DNA of 33,837 nucleotides. It comes from Candidatus Eiseniibacteriota bacterium. Lineage in GTDB: Bacteria; ARS69. The position numbers and the translations under genes are program-made. Of the stretch, positions 1-8,671 are shown one piece after another; the stretch's first letter is position 1; each line of letters starts with the position of its first letter. The stretch covers positions 1-33,837 of the forward strand of contig JBQTGV010000136.1 in NCBI GenBank assembly GCA_052390515.1, written 5' to 3'. Under the pieces are notes generated by a model, which did not search any database, was not told the DNA's origin, and saw nothing but the letters and a program-made list of their open reading frames with translations.

Positions 1-32
1 GGGGGGGGGGGGGCCCGGCCCCCCCCCCCCCC
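1..32 (-). terminator. Possible GC hairpin (G13...C14) just downstream of the DUF11 gene; probably distorted by contig-end errors
   Basis: G run at 1-13 is complementary to C run at 19-32 and lies 18 nt past the stop at 51. Pure homopolymer arms at the window edge suggest an artefact. Confidence 0.25.
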
Positions 33-50
33 GCCGGGTGTCGGTGCGCC

Positions 51-3000
51 TCAGTCGAGCCGAACAGCCTTGCGCACCGCCGAGAACGACCCCGCCTGCA
101 GCCGTACGAAGTAGACCCCGGTCGAGACGCGGGCGCCGCCGCCGTCCCGGCCGTCCCAGTTCGCCAGGAACCGACCTGCGGTCAGCGGCCCGTGCACGAG
201 CGTCGCCACCAGTCGGCCTGTGATGTCGTAGACGGTCAAGTCGACCTCCGCCGGGCTCGGAACGTCGAACTGGATCCAGGTCGCGTCGCGGAAGGGATTG
301 GGCCGCGCGGCCGACAGCGAAGTCGAGGTCGGGACGAACGGGGTCTGCACCAGCGCACCGACGACGCGCTCGACGGTGATGTCGACCGCAGCCGCGTCGT
401 TACCGGAATCCAGGTCTGTCTGGTCGACGGCGGTCAGAGCGGCGCTGTTGGTGATCGTGGAATCGCCGGTGCCCACCTCGACCGCAGCGGTGATCTGCAG
501 CGTGGCGATGGCCGCGCCGGCCAGCGTGCCCACCGACCAGATTCCGGTGCCGTCGTCGTAGCTCCCGTGGCTGGGCAGGTCGGAAACGTGCACCACGCCC
601 GCCGGCAGCAGGTCGGTCACTTCCACACCGGTGGCCTGGAGGAGGCCCACGTTCGTCGCCGTGATCGTGTAGACGATGGTGCTTCCCTCGGGGGGCGTCT
701 CGTCGTCCACCACCTTTGCCACGGCGATGTCCACGAACTGCACGGTGATGTCCGCCGTAGCGACGTCGTTCGCGGAGTTCGTGTCGGTCTGATCGGAGGC
801 CGTCCGCGTGGCGACGTTCTGGATGGTCTGGCCGGTCGTTCCCGCGTTGACCGTGACGGTGAGCGTCAGCGTGGCGGTTGCCCCATTCGTGAGAGCGGGA
901 ATCGACCACTGGCCACTGCCGATGGAGTAGGAATTGCCTTGGCCCGGGTTGGCGGTCTGGAACGTCGTGCCCACAGGCACGAGGTCCGTGACCTTCACGC
1001 CGGTGGCGCTGTTGGGTCCGAGATTCGTGGCCGTCACCGTGTAGATGACTGGATCCCCCTCCTTCGGAGTCGGATCGTCGGCGGCCTTCGAGACGTCGAT
1101 GTCGATCTCGGGAGAAACGTGGATGTCCACCGCAGCGGAATCGTTGCCCGGACTCGTGTCGGTCTGGTCCACCGCCGTCACCGAGGCCACGTTCTGGATG
1201 GTCGTTCCGGCGGTGCCGTTGTTCACGGTGGCGGTGAGACCGAGCGTGGCCGACGTGGCGTTGGCCAGGGAGCCGACCGTCCAGAGCCCCGCGCTGTAGC
1301 TTCCCTGGCTCGACGTCGAGCTGACGAACGTCAGGCCGGCCGGCAGGACGTCGGTGATTTCGACTCCGGTGGCGACGTTCGGCCCGTTGTTCGTCACGGT
1401 CACGGTGTACTGGATCGTGCCGCCCTCTTCCGGCGTCGCGTCGTCGACGATCTTCCCGACGGCGAGATCGACGGCCTGCACGGTGATGTCCGCGGTGTCG
1501 GAATCGTTGCCGGGGTTCGTGTCCCCCGGCATCGACGCGGTCCGCGTGGCGACGTTCTGGATCGTCGACCCCGCCGTGCCGATATTGACCGCCGCGTTGA
1601 TGGTCAGCGTTGCTGTCGTACTGACCCCGAGAGGCCCGAAGTCCCAGGCGCCGGTCTGATCATCGTATGTTCCCTGAGACAGCACCGATGAAGAGTACGT
1701 GACACCCGCTGGAAGCAGATCGGTCACGGTGACCGAGGTCGCGGGGTCGGGTCCGCCGTTCGTCGCCGTGACGGTGTAAACGATCGACGCGCCCTCGTTC
1801 GGCGCCGGGTTGTTCACCGACTTGGTCACGGAGATGTCGACCGACTGCACGGTGAGCGTCGCCGAGTCGGAGTCGTTGGCGGGGCACGAGGCTCCCAACG
1901 CCGAGGCGGGGACGGCAGCCGTGTTCTCGACCACGGCCCCGGCGGCTCCGACGTCGATCGTGGCGGTGATGGCCAGCGTGGCCGAGCCGCCGTTCGCGAT
2001 CGTCCCGACCGACCAGACGCCGCTGCCGCTGCTGTACGTTCCCTGGCTGGGGGCGTCGGAGGCGTAGGTCAACTCGGCGGGGAGCACGTCGGTGACCTGC
2101 ACCACGGCGGCCGCGTCCGGACCGCCATTCGTCACCACGATCGTGTAGACCACCGCGTCGCCCTCGGCCGGGCTGGTGTCGTCGACGTTCTTGGTGACGG
2201 CGAGGTCGACGGACTCGACGAGGATGCTCGCCGTGTCGGAGTTGTTGGCGGGATTCGTGTCCGTCTGGTCGGCGGCGGTGATGGAGGCGTCGTTCTGGAT
2301 CGTCTGGGCGGCGGTGCCGGCATTCACCGTGGCACTGAGCTGGAGCGTGGCCGAGCCGCCGTTCGCCACGGTACCGACGGTCCAGGCGCCGGTGCCACTG
2401 TTGTAGCTTCCCTGGCTGGGGGAATCGCCGGCGTAGGTCACCCCCGCCGGGAGCACGTCGGTGACCTGCACGCCGGTGCCGGCGTCGGGACCCGCGTTGC
2501 CGACCGTGATCGTGTAGGTGATCGTGTCACCCTGATTCGGTCCCGGATCGTTCACCGTCTTGGTGATCCCGAGGTCCGCGGACTGCACGGTGATCTCGGC
2601 GGCATCGGAGTTGTTCGCGGGGTCGGTGTCGACCTGCCCGAGCGAGATCAGGCTGGCGATGTTCTGGATCGTCTGCGCGGCCGTTCCGGGATCGACCGTC
2701 GCGGTGATGCTCAGCGTGTGGGCCGCACCGTTCGTCAGGCCCCCGAGGGCCCAGCGTCCGGTGGCATCGCTGTAGGTCCCCTGCGTGGCGGATGCCGAGA
2801 CGAAGGTGGTCCCCGCGGGAAGAACGTCGGACAGTAGGACAGCGGTCGCCGGGTTCGGACCCAGATTCTCGGCGATGACCTGGAAGACGATCGTATCCCC
2901 CTCGTTCGGAGCCGTGTTGTCGACGCTCTTGGTCACGGCGACGTCCACGTTGACGAGCTGGACAGAGGCTGGACCCTCGTCTGTGGAAAACAGGAGCTCC

Positions 3001-3218
3001 CCACCGTCGGCCGACCAGCGCGGGTTCGTCTCCTGCCCGGGATGGAGCGTGACGCGAACGGCCTCGCCGCCGTCCGCCGGCGCGACCCAGAGGTCGCCGT
3101 CCTGCACGAGTGCGATGCGCGTTCCGTCGGGCGACAGAACTCGCTCCTGGCTCGACGGCGCTCCGAACACGAGGCCTGCGGGGAGCAGCAGCAGGCCCGT
3201 CCATGATGCGAGGTTCAT
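51..3218 (-). CDS. Secreted protein with an N-terminal PD40/TolB-like fragment, 7 tandem DUF11 Ig-like domains and a C-terminal FlgD-Ig (T9SS-CTD-like) domain, 1055 aa
   Basis: ATG at 3218 follows a GGAGGGAG SD, then signal peptide MNLASWTGLLLLPAGLVFG. Seven ~123-aa repeats of pattern D(L/I/V)xxxK..P..GD...YT....N.GP..A..V...D.LP. The C-terminus reads RPNPF...VYDITGRLVATL...WDGRD..G..V.TGVYFVRL. Confidence 0.9.
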   Translation of the reverse strand: MNLASWTGLLLLPAGLVFGAPSSQERVLSPDGTRIALVQDGDLWVAPADGGEAVRVTLHPGQETNPRWSADGGELLFSTDEGPASVQLVNVDVAVTKSVDNTAPNEGDTIVFQVIAENLGPNPATAVLLSDVLPAGTTFVSASATQGTYSDATGRWALGGLTNGAAHTLSITATVDPGTAAQTIQNIASLISLGQVDTDPANNSDAAEITVQSADLGITKTVNDPGPNQGDTITYTITVGNAGPDAGTGVQVTDVLPAGVTYAGDSPSQGSYNSGTGAWTVGTVANGGSATLQLSATVNAGTAAQTIQNDASITAADQTDTNPANNSDTASILVESVDLAVTKNVDDTSPAEGDAVVYTIVVTNGGPDAAAVVQVTDVLPAELTYASDAPSQGTYSSGSGVWSVGTIANGGSATLAITATIDVGAAGAVVENTAAVPASALGASCPANDSDSATLTVQSVDISVTKSVNNPAPNEGASIVYTVTATNGGPDPATSVTVTDLLPAGVTYSSSVLSQGTYDDQTGAWDFGPLGVSTTATLTINAAVNIGTAGSTIQNVATRTASMPGDTNPGNDSDTADITVQAVDLAVGKIVDDATPEEGGTIQYTVTVTNNGPNVATGVEITDVLPAGLTFVSSTSSQGSYSAGLWTVGSLANATSATLGLTATVNNGTAGTTIQNVASVTAVDQTDTSPGNDSAAVDIHVSPEIDIDVSKAADDPTPKEGDPVIYTVTATNLGPNSATGVKVTDLVPVGTTFQTANPGQGNSYSIGSGQWSIPALTNGATATLTLTVTVNAGTTGQTIQNVATRTASDQTDTNSANDVATADITVQFVDIAVAKVVDDETPPEGSTIVYTITATNVGLLQATGVEVTDLLPAGVVHVSDLPSHGSYDDGTGIWSVGTLAGAAIATLQITAAVEVGTGDSTITNSAALTAVDQTDLDSGNDAAAVDITVERVVGALVQTPFVPTSTSLSAARPNPFRDATWIQFDVPSPAEVDLTVYDITGRLVATLVHGPLTAGRFLANWDGRDGGGARVSTGVYFVRLQAGSFSAVRKAVRLD

Positions 3219-3368
3219 CTCGACTCCCTCCCTGCGCGACGTGCTTTCTTCGCGCAGCACGGAGTGGAACGACGGTCTCGGCGGGGGAGTCGCGCGCGGC
3301 GGGCGCGAACGGGGGTGAGGGAGTCGTTCGCCGGACCGATCGGGAAGCCAGGTGCTTCCCCGGCGCTC

Positions 3369-3394
3369 AACCTAGCAGCTTCTGTTCGAAACAG
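3369..3394 (-). promoter_or_regulatory. Candidate extended -10 promoter (TGcTAGGTT) for the DUF11 gene, with an adjacent palindrome CTGTT-N3-AACAG (3382-3394)
   Basis: Locally AT-richer patch about 150 nt upstream of the ATG. A perfect 7-bp hairpin (3342-3360) lies just downstream of the implied start site. No clear -35. Confidence 0.3.
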
Positions 3395-3792
3395 CTCGGA
3401 AGAAATGGCCGGGCGCCGGTCGGCCGTGCGGCTGCGTTCCCGCGGCGCCCGCTGAGGCTTCAGCGCGGCCGGAAGGGGGTCTCGGCGTCCAGGGCGGCGC
3501 GTCGTTCACTCCCCAGGCGGCACCTGATGGCCTCGTCGGGTACGTGCAGGCACCCCCGGCGCGACCCGCTCGCGGGCTTCCCGCCTCGAGGAGGATGACC
3601 GGCAACCGGATCGTCGTTGTCTCCTCACCGAAATGGAGTTCACATCTTGCGGAAGCCCCTCCGCAGAGGCGGATACCAAGATGGACTCAGGCGACCGTGC
3701 GTTGGTCCACGTCGCGATGGCGAGTCGATCTCACGACGTGCCGCGCGAGTGTACGCGAGGCCTTCTGAGTCGTTTCTTTCGAGACGGAACAC

Positions 3793-4836
3793 TCAGGTCG
3801 TGCGCCGCCCCTTCTGCCACGCATGGAGCACCAGCGCCACGGTGATGACCACGTAGGCCACGAAGACCCGGAAGTACTCGCCGATCTGGGCGTCCCCGGC
3901 CAGCGCCTTCCCGGCGAGCGGCGAGACCACGAAGAGCGTGTGGAACAGCAGCGTGCCGAGCAGCGCCTGCCCCACCGTGGCGCGGGACACGGTCGCGCCG
4001 GAGACGAGCAGCGCCGCGATCGAGAACATGCCCACCTGTTCGTGCGAGTTGTAGGTGTTCAGCGTGCCGATGTTCTGCAGGAAGAGCAGCTGACCCCACG
4101 CGGCGAGCACCGTGGACATCGCCGTGGCGATCACCCGGTTTCGCTCCACGTCGATCCCCGCCGCCGCCGCCACGTGCGCATCCTGACCCATCGCGCGGAA
4201 CTCCTGGCCGAGCTTGGTGCGGAAGAACAGCAGGGTCAGCGCGCAGAACGCGGCGATGACCGCGAACGTCGCCACCGGCACGCGGATGGGTCCGGCTCCG
4301 AGCGCCACCTGCACCGGCAGCAGGTCGTCCACCGCGTACTGCACTCCGGTGAGGTCCACCGTGTTGCGCAGGCCGTAGCCCTGGGGGAGCAGCAGCGCGT
4401 CGTCGGCGAAGGGAATCACCGATCCCAGCGCGAAGAGGAACACGAGCTGGTAGAGACCGTTGGCGAAGAACCCGGCGATGAGCCCGCTCACCATCTCGCG
4501 GCCCTTGGCGTGGTTGAAGAGCCAGCCCGTGGCGATGCCGAAGAGCGTCCCCAGGGGCAACGCCAGCGCGAAGGCCAGCGCGAAGCCGGACGCGCCGCCG
4601 ACCCCCCAGTACGTGACCAGGATCGCGGCGATCTGCCCGGCCATCGCGCCGATCACGATGCCGAAGTTGAGGCCGAGGCCGGCCAGGATGGGAACGAGCA
4701 GCGAAAGCACCAGCAGCGCGTTGCGCCCGAAGCGCACCAGCAGCTCGCGGACGAGGAAATCGGGCGTGATCTTCGCCGCGAGGATACCGACGAAACAGAG
4801 CGCCGCGAAGAGGACCGGCACGGCGAAGCGTCCCAT
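3793..4836 (-). CDS. ABC transporter permease (sugar/nucleoside CUT2-like)
   Basis: Multi-TM protein starting MGRFAVPVLF, ATG overlapping the upstream stop (TGATG). Motifs GLGLNFG and RTKLGQEFRAMGQD...A.AAGI. Confidence 0.88.
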   Translation of the reverse strand: MGRFAVPVLFAALCFVGILAAKITPDFLVRELLVRFGRNALLVLSLLVPILAGLGLNFGIVIGAMAGQIAAILVTYWGVGGASGFALAFALALPLGTLFGIATGWLFNHAKGREMVSGLIAGFFANGLYQLVFLFALGSVIPFADDALLLPQGYGLRNTVDLTGVQYAVDDLLPVQVALGAGPIRVPVATFAVIAAFCALTLLFFRTKLGQEFRAMGQDAHVAAAAGIDVERNRVIATAMSTVLAAWGQLLFLQNIGTLNTYNSHEQVGMFSIAALLVSGATVSRATVGQALLGTLLFHTLFVVSPLAGKALAGDAQIGEYFRVFVAYVVITVALVLHAWQKGRRTT

Positions 4837-5879
4837 CAGCGGTCCCCTCGGCGGGTGAGCGCGTAGAGGATCATGCCGTTCTGGATGATGAGCCGCGCGG
4901 TCTCGGAGAGGTCCCCGGCGATGACCTGGCTCGTGACCGGCAACGCCACGGTCAGGATGGACTGGAAAAGCAGCGTGCCCACGATCACGTGGACGAGGGT
5001 GGCCCGCGCGAGCGTGGCGCCTCCGATCAGCAGGCACGCCACGGCGGGGAAGGCCATGAGCAGCGGCGCGGTGTAGAGCTGGACGAATCCGTAGGAGCTG
5101 GCGAACACGACGATGCCGACCGCTCCCAGCACCGTAGAGAACGTGGTCGCCTGGATGCGCGTGCGTTCGTCGGAGATGCCGGCGGCGCGGGCGAAGCGCG
5201 GGTTGGAGCGGGCCGCAGCGATGGTGATGCCCGCCCGCGTGCGGAAGAAGAGCCACACGAAGAGGCAGGCCAGCGCGAAGAGCAGCAGCGTACCGGTGGG
5301 GAAGCGGACGCCGAGCACCTGGAAGCTCCAGAGCCGGTCGAGGAGCTGGCCCCAGGAATCGCTGAGCGTGAGCGTGGTGCGCAGTCCCTTCCCGCCGATC
5401 GCCCAGACGAGCGTCGGGTTGTGGAGCGGCGCGACGACCCAGAAGATGCTCATGCCCGAGACCACGGCGAACCCGAGGTACGTGCCGACCATCATCTCCT
5501 GGCCGCGCGTTCGGTTCAGCAACCAGCCGTAGCCGACACCCGCGGGAAGGGCGAGCACCGTGCCGATCGCCGCGGCCAGCGCCAGCCCGGACCAGCCGCC
5601 GATGCCGTGCTCGAGGGAGACGACGCAGCCGACGAGACCGCAGATGATGCCCAGCGGCAGCCCGAAGTTGAGACCCACGCCGCCCATCACGGCCGGCAGC
5701 AGCGCAAGCACGAGCAGCCCGTTGCGCCCGACCCGCAGCAGGGAGTCGGAGATCAGCCCGGCGACGTCCATCTTGGTGGCGGTGGCGATGCCGAAGAGCA
5801 CGGCCAGGAACGCGGTGATGAGAAGGCGCGGGACGCCGGCGGAGCGGATGCGTTCGCGGAGGACGGACGCCACGCTCAC
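4836..5879 (-). CDS. ABC transporter permease (paralogue of the neighbouring permease)
   Basis: Real part of the 4836..8579 ORF. GTG at 5879 overlaps the ATPase stop (GTGA) and follows a GGAGGTG SD. Motifs GVGLNFG and RTRAG...NPRFARAAGI. Confidence 0.88.
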   Translation of the reverse strand: MSVASVLRERIRSAGVPRLLITAFLAVLFGIATATKMDVAGLISDSLLRVGRNGLLVLALLPAVMGGVGLNFGLPLGIICGLVGCVVSLEHGIGGWSGLALAAAIGTVLALPAGVGYGWLLNRTRGQEMMVGTYLGFAVVSGMSIFWVVAPLHNPTLVWAIGGKGLRTTLTLSDSWGQLLDRLWSFQVLGVRFPTGTLLLFALACLFVWLFFRTRAGITIAAARSNPRFARAAGISDERTRIQATTFSTVLGAVGIVVFASSYGFVQLYTAPLLMAFPAVACLLIGGATLARATLVHVIVGTLLFQSILTVALPVTSQVIAGDLSETARLIIQNGMILYALTRRGDR

Positions 5880-7483
5880 TGCTTCACCTCCCGGCGATGC
5901 GAGGTCAGCTCGCCGGCCATGGCCAACCCGAACTGCTCGTCGCCGGCGTCCGGCGGCAGCACCGCCTCGATCCGGCCGCCGTACACGATGGCGATGCGGT
6001 CGCAGAGCGCGCGCAGCTCGGCGATCTCGGACGACGTCACCAGCAGCGAGAGCCCCTTCTCGCGGTTGAGGTCGCGGAGGATGGCCAGCACGCGCTCCTT
6101 CGCCCCGACGTCGATGCCGCGGGTCGGCTCGGAGACGAGCAGCGTGTCCGGGTTCATCGTCATCGCCCGGGCGAGGCAGACCTTCTGCTGGGTGCCGCCG
6201 GAGAGGCGTCGCACGTGCTGCCGCGGTCCGGTGCAGCGGATGTCCAGCGCGCGGATCATCTCCTGCGCGTGACGCCGGACGGCACGCGCGTCCAGCAGGC
6301 GAAGCGCCGGCAGCGGTGCGCCGTGCAGGAAGCGGTTCTGCGCCTCGATGGCGGTCAGGACCATGTTCAGCTCGATGGACTCGTCGAGCAGCACGCCGAC
6401 CCCGCGCCGATCCTCGGACACGAAGGCGAGCCCGGAGCGCAGCGCCCCGTGTGCGTCGTTCAGCCGGAGCGGCGCGCCGTCCTTCGCCACTTCGCCGCGC
6501 GCGGGGTAGATGCCCATCAACCCGTTGGCGATGCCGATCTTTCCGTGGCCGGCGAGCCCGGCGAGGCCCAGGACCTCGCCCTTCTCGATCCGGAAAGAGA
6601 CGCCGCGGACTTCCTCGCCGGGCATGTCCACGTGCAGGTCGCGGGCCTCGAGGGCCGGCGCGCCGCCCGCGCGCGCGGCTTCGCCGGCGTGCCGCTTCAC
6701 CGCCGCCGGCCGCCCCACCATCAGCTCCGCGATCTTCTCGACGGTCGTCGCCTTCGGGTCGAGGCGCCCGACCACGGCACCGTCGCGGAGCACGGTGATG
6801 TCGTCGGCCACGGCCAGCACTTCGTCGAGCCGGTGCGTGATGAAGAGGATGCCGAGCCCCTTGCCGGCCAGCGCGCGCATGACGCCGAGGAGCTGCGTGG
6901 CCTCGGACTCGGTGAGCACGGCGGTCGGCTCGTCGAAGATGAGCAGGCGGGCGCGCTCCTTGTCCACCTCGCGGGCGATCTCCACGAACTGCATGTGTCC
7001 GACGGGAAGCCCGGCCACGGGCAGCCACTCGTCGACGCCGAGCCCGACGGTGTCGAGCGCGGCGCGCGCGTCGGTGCCGCAGCGCTCGAAGTCCACGCGC
7101 TCGAGCTTTCTGCCGAGCACGCGCGAGAGCGGCGTCGGGCGCGTCGGCTCGCGGTTCAGCTTGATGTTCTCGGCGATGGAGAAGCCGGGAAGCAGCATGA
7201 ACTCCTGGTGGACCATGCCGAGCCCGGAGTCCATCGCCTCCCCCGGCGAGCCGAACCGCACCGGGAGCCCCTCGAGCAGGACGTCGCCCTGGAATCCGCC
7301 GGTCTCGCGGATGACCTGCATGCCGAAGAGCACGTTCATGAGAGTCGACTTGCCGGCGCCGTTCTCGCCGACGAGGGCGTGGATCGTTCCCGGACGGACG
7401 GCGAGGGAAACGTCCCGCAGCACGCGGTGACCCTCGAAGGACTTGGAGATGCCGCGCAATTCGAGGACGGCGGGGGCGCTCAT
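5876..7483 (-). CDS. Sugar-type ABC transporter ATP-binding protein with two fused nucleotide-binding domains
   Basis: Walker A GENGAGKST, MVHQE, IFDEPT, ITH. Second domain has EDRR, LSGGTQQKV and EPTRGIDVGAK. Confidence 0.95.
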   Translation of the reverse strand: MSAPAVLELRGISKSFEGHRVLRDVSLAVRPGTIHALVGENGAGKSTLMNVLFGMQVIRETGGFQGDVLLEGLPVRFGSPGEAMDSGLGMVHQEFMLLPGFSIAENIKLNREPTRPTPLSRVLGRKLERVDFERCGTDARAALDTVGLGVDEWLPVAGLPVGHMQFVEIAREVDKERARLLIFDEPTAVLTESEATQLLGVMRALAGKGLGILFITHRLDEVLAVADDITVLRDGAVVGRLDPKATTVEKIAELMVGRPAAVKRHAGEAARAGGAPALEARDLHVDMPGEEVRGVSFRIEKGEVLGLAGLAGHGKIGIANGLMGIYPARGEVAKDGAPLRLNDAHGALRSGLAFVSEDRRGVGVLLDESIELNMVLTAIEAQNRFLHGAPLPALRLLDARAVRRHAQEMIRALDIRCTGPRQHVRRLSGGTQQKVCLARAMTMNPDTLLVSEPTRGIDVGAKERVLAILRDLNREKGLSLLVTSSEIAELRALCDRIAIVYGGRIEAVLPPDAGDEQFGLAMAGELTSHRREVKQ

Positions 7484-7510
7484 GGGGGGCGTGGCCGGCC
7501 TCCCGCGCGA

Positions 7511-8635
7511 TCAGTACACGAGGTGATCGAGGAGGATCAGGTACTGGTTCCCGGCGGTCTCGTCGTACTTGCGGATGCGCACCGGCGCGCCGGCCTCGTC
7601 CTGGATGTACTTCTGCACGACGGCGGGGTCCTTGTAGTCGATCTTGCCGTCCACGGCATCGACGAGCAGGTTCGCCGCGGCGCGCAGGGCGACCATGCTC
7701 TCGGGCGCCACCCACGTGCCGAAGTGTCCTTGCATCCCGTGCTCGGCGATGACGCGGCGGTTCTCGGTGTTGATGTAGGCGATGTCGCCGGCTTTCTCCG
7801 GCGGGATGCCGATGCCCAGCGCCGTCGGATAGCCGTGCGTGGGACTCGGGCAGCACTGCTCGGGGACGTATCCGCCGTTCGTCAGGACCGAGCGGATGAG
7901 CGGCTCCTGCATGCCGCAGTTCGTGGAGAAGAACGCGGTGTCGGTGCCCAGCTTCTTCACCTGGCGCGGCTGATCCTCCAGAACGAACTGCTGCGTCGCG
8001 GGAAGGCCGCCTTCGGCCATCGGGTCGGGAGCCGTGACGAACAGGAAGTCGAGACCCATCTCCGTGCAGGCCTGCTTCATCCGGTCGCGGCGGTCGGCGA
8101 GAAGCTGCTGGGACATGTGCCGCGGGAAGGAGTAGTGCACGAGATGCTTCGCGCCCATGGCCGCGGCCTCGGCCACGATGGTGCGCCCGCGCTCGAGCTG
8201 GTCGGGCTGGATGGCGAGGTCGCAGGCCACGTTCACGACCGCGGGATCCTCGTGCGGCTCGATGAACGCGATCAGGATTTCGGGGCGCTGCTCGCGGATC
8301 TTGCGCGCCGCGGCGACGGAGCCGGGAACTGCCTGCCCGACCACGATCACCTTCACCCGGGGATCGGAAGCCAGACCGGTGAGCTGCGCAATCACCGTTT
8401 CCTGCTCGGTCATGAAGTTGTCGGGATAGCTCACGTGCACGACGCGGTCCCCGTACTTCGCGCTGACCTGCTGGCCGGCGCGGAACTCCTCCTCGTTCTG
8501 CGACACCGTTCCCGTCATGATTCCGATGCGGAAGGGTTGGTCCGACGACGGCGGCGGCACGGCCTCCCGGGGGGCGCAACCGGCGATCAAGAGGGCGGCG
8601 GCGAGGCAGTGCAGCACGGCGGCGAGGCTTCGCAT
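7511..8635 (-). CDS. DUF3798-family substrate-binding lipoprotein
   Basis: ATG at 8635 and lipobox LIAGC. Motifs IGIMTGTVSQNEE, YPDNFM.EQET, HYSFPRHMS, FF.TN.GMQEPL and CCPSPTHGYP. Sits first in the ABC cluster. Confidence 0.8.
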   Translation of the reverse strand: MRSLAAVLHCLAAALLIAGCAPREAVPPPSSDQPFRIGIMTGTVSQNEEEFRAGQQVSAKYGDRVVHVSYPDNFMTEQETVIAQLTGLASDPRVKVIVVGQAVPGSVAAARKIREQRPEILIAFIEPHEDPAVVNVACDLAIQPDQLERGRTIVAEAAAMGAKHLVHYSFPRHMSQQLLADRRDRMKQACTEMGLDFLFVTAPDPMAEGGLPATQQFVLEDQPRQVKKLGTDTAFFSTNCGMQEPLIRSVLTNGGYVPEQCCPSPTHGYPTALGIGIPPEKAGDIAYINTENRRVIAEHGMQGHFGTWVAPESMVALRAAANLLVDAVDGKIDYKDPAVVQKYIQDEAGAPVRIRKYDETAGNQYLILLDHLVY

Positions 8636-8642
8636 GCTGTGC

Positions 8643-8671
8643 AATGTGCGCGAAGCCGCAGCCCGTGTCAA
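8643..8671 (-). promoter_or_regulatory. Sigma70-type promoter TTGACA-N17-CACATT for the ABC operon (probably leaderless)
   Basis: Perfect -35 at 8671-8666, 17-nt spacer, -10-like hexamer at 8648-8643, ATG 7 nt downstream and no SD. Confidence 0.55.

Noticed and set aside
3684-3771. tRNA or known riboswitch (e.g. c-di-GMP-I near the GAAA loop at about 3777-3790)
   Set aside because: The shape is cloverleaf-like but has no TTC T-loop, D-loop consensus or 7-nt anticodon loop, and the GEMM consensus is not met. Kept only as an unknown structure.
3264-3856. Short ORFs in the long intergenic gap
   Set aside because: No SD, atypical composition and several mutually overlapping frames; none is supportable.
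4836-8579. 1247-aa ORF as a single giant protein
   Set aside because: Only the last 347 aa (from GTG 5879) look like a protein. The rest is an Arg/Gly-rich off-frame shadow of the ATPase and binding-protein genes.
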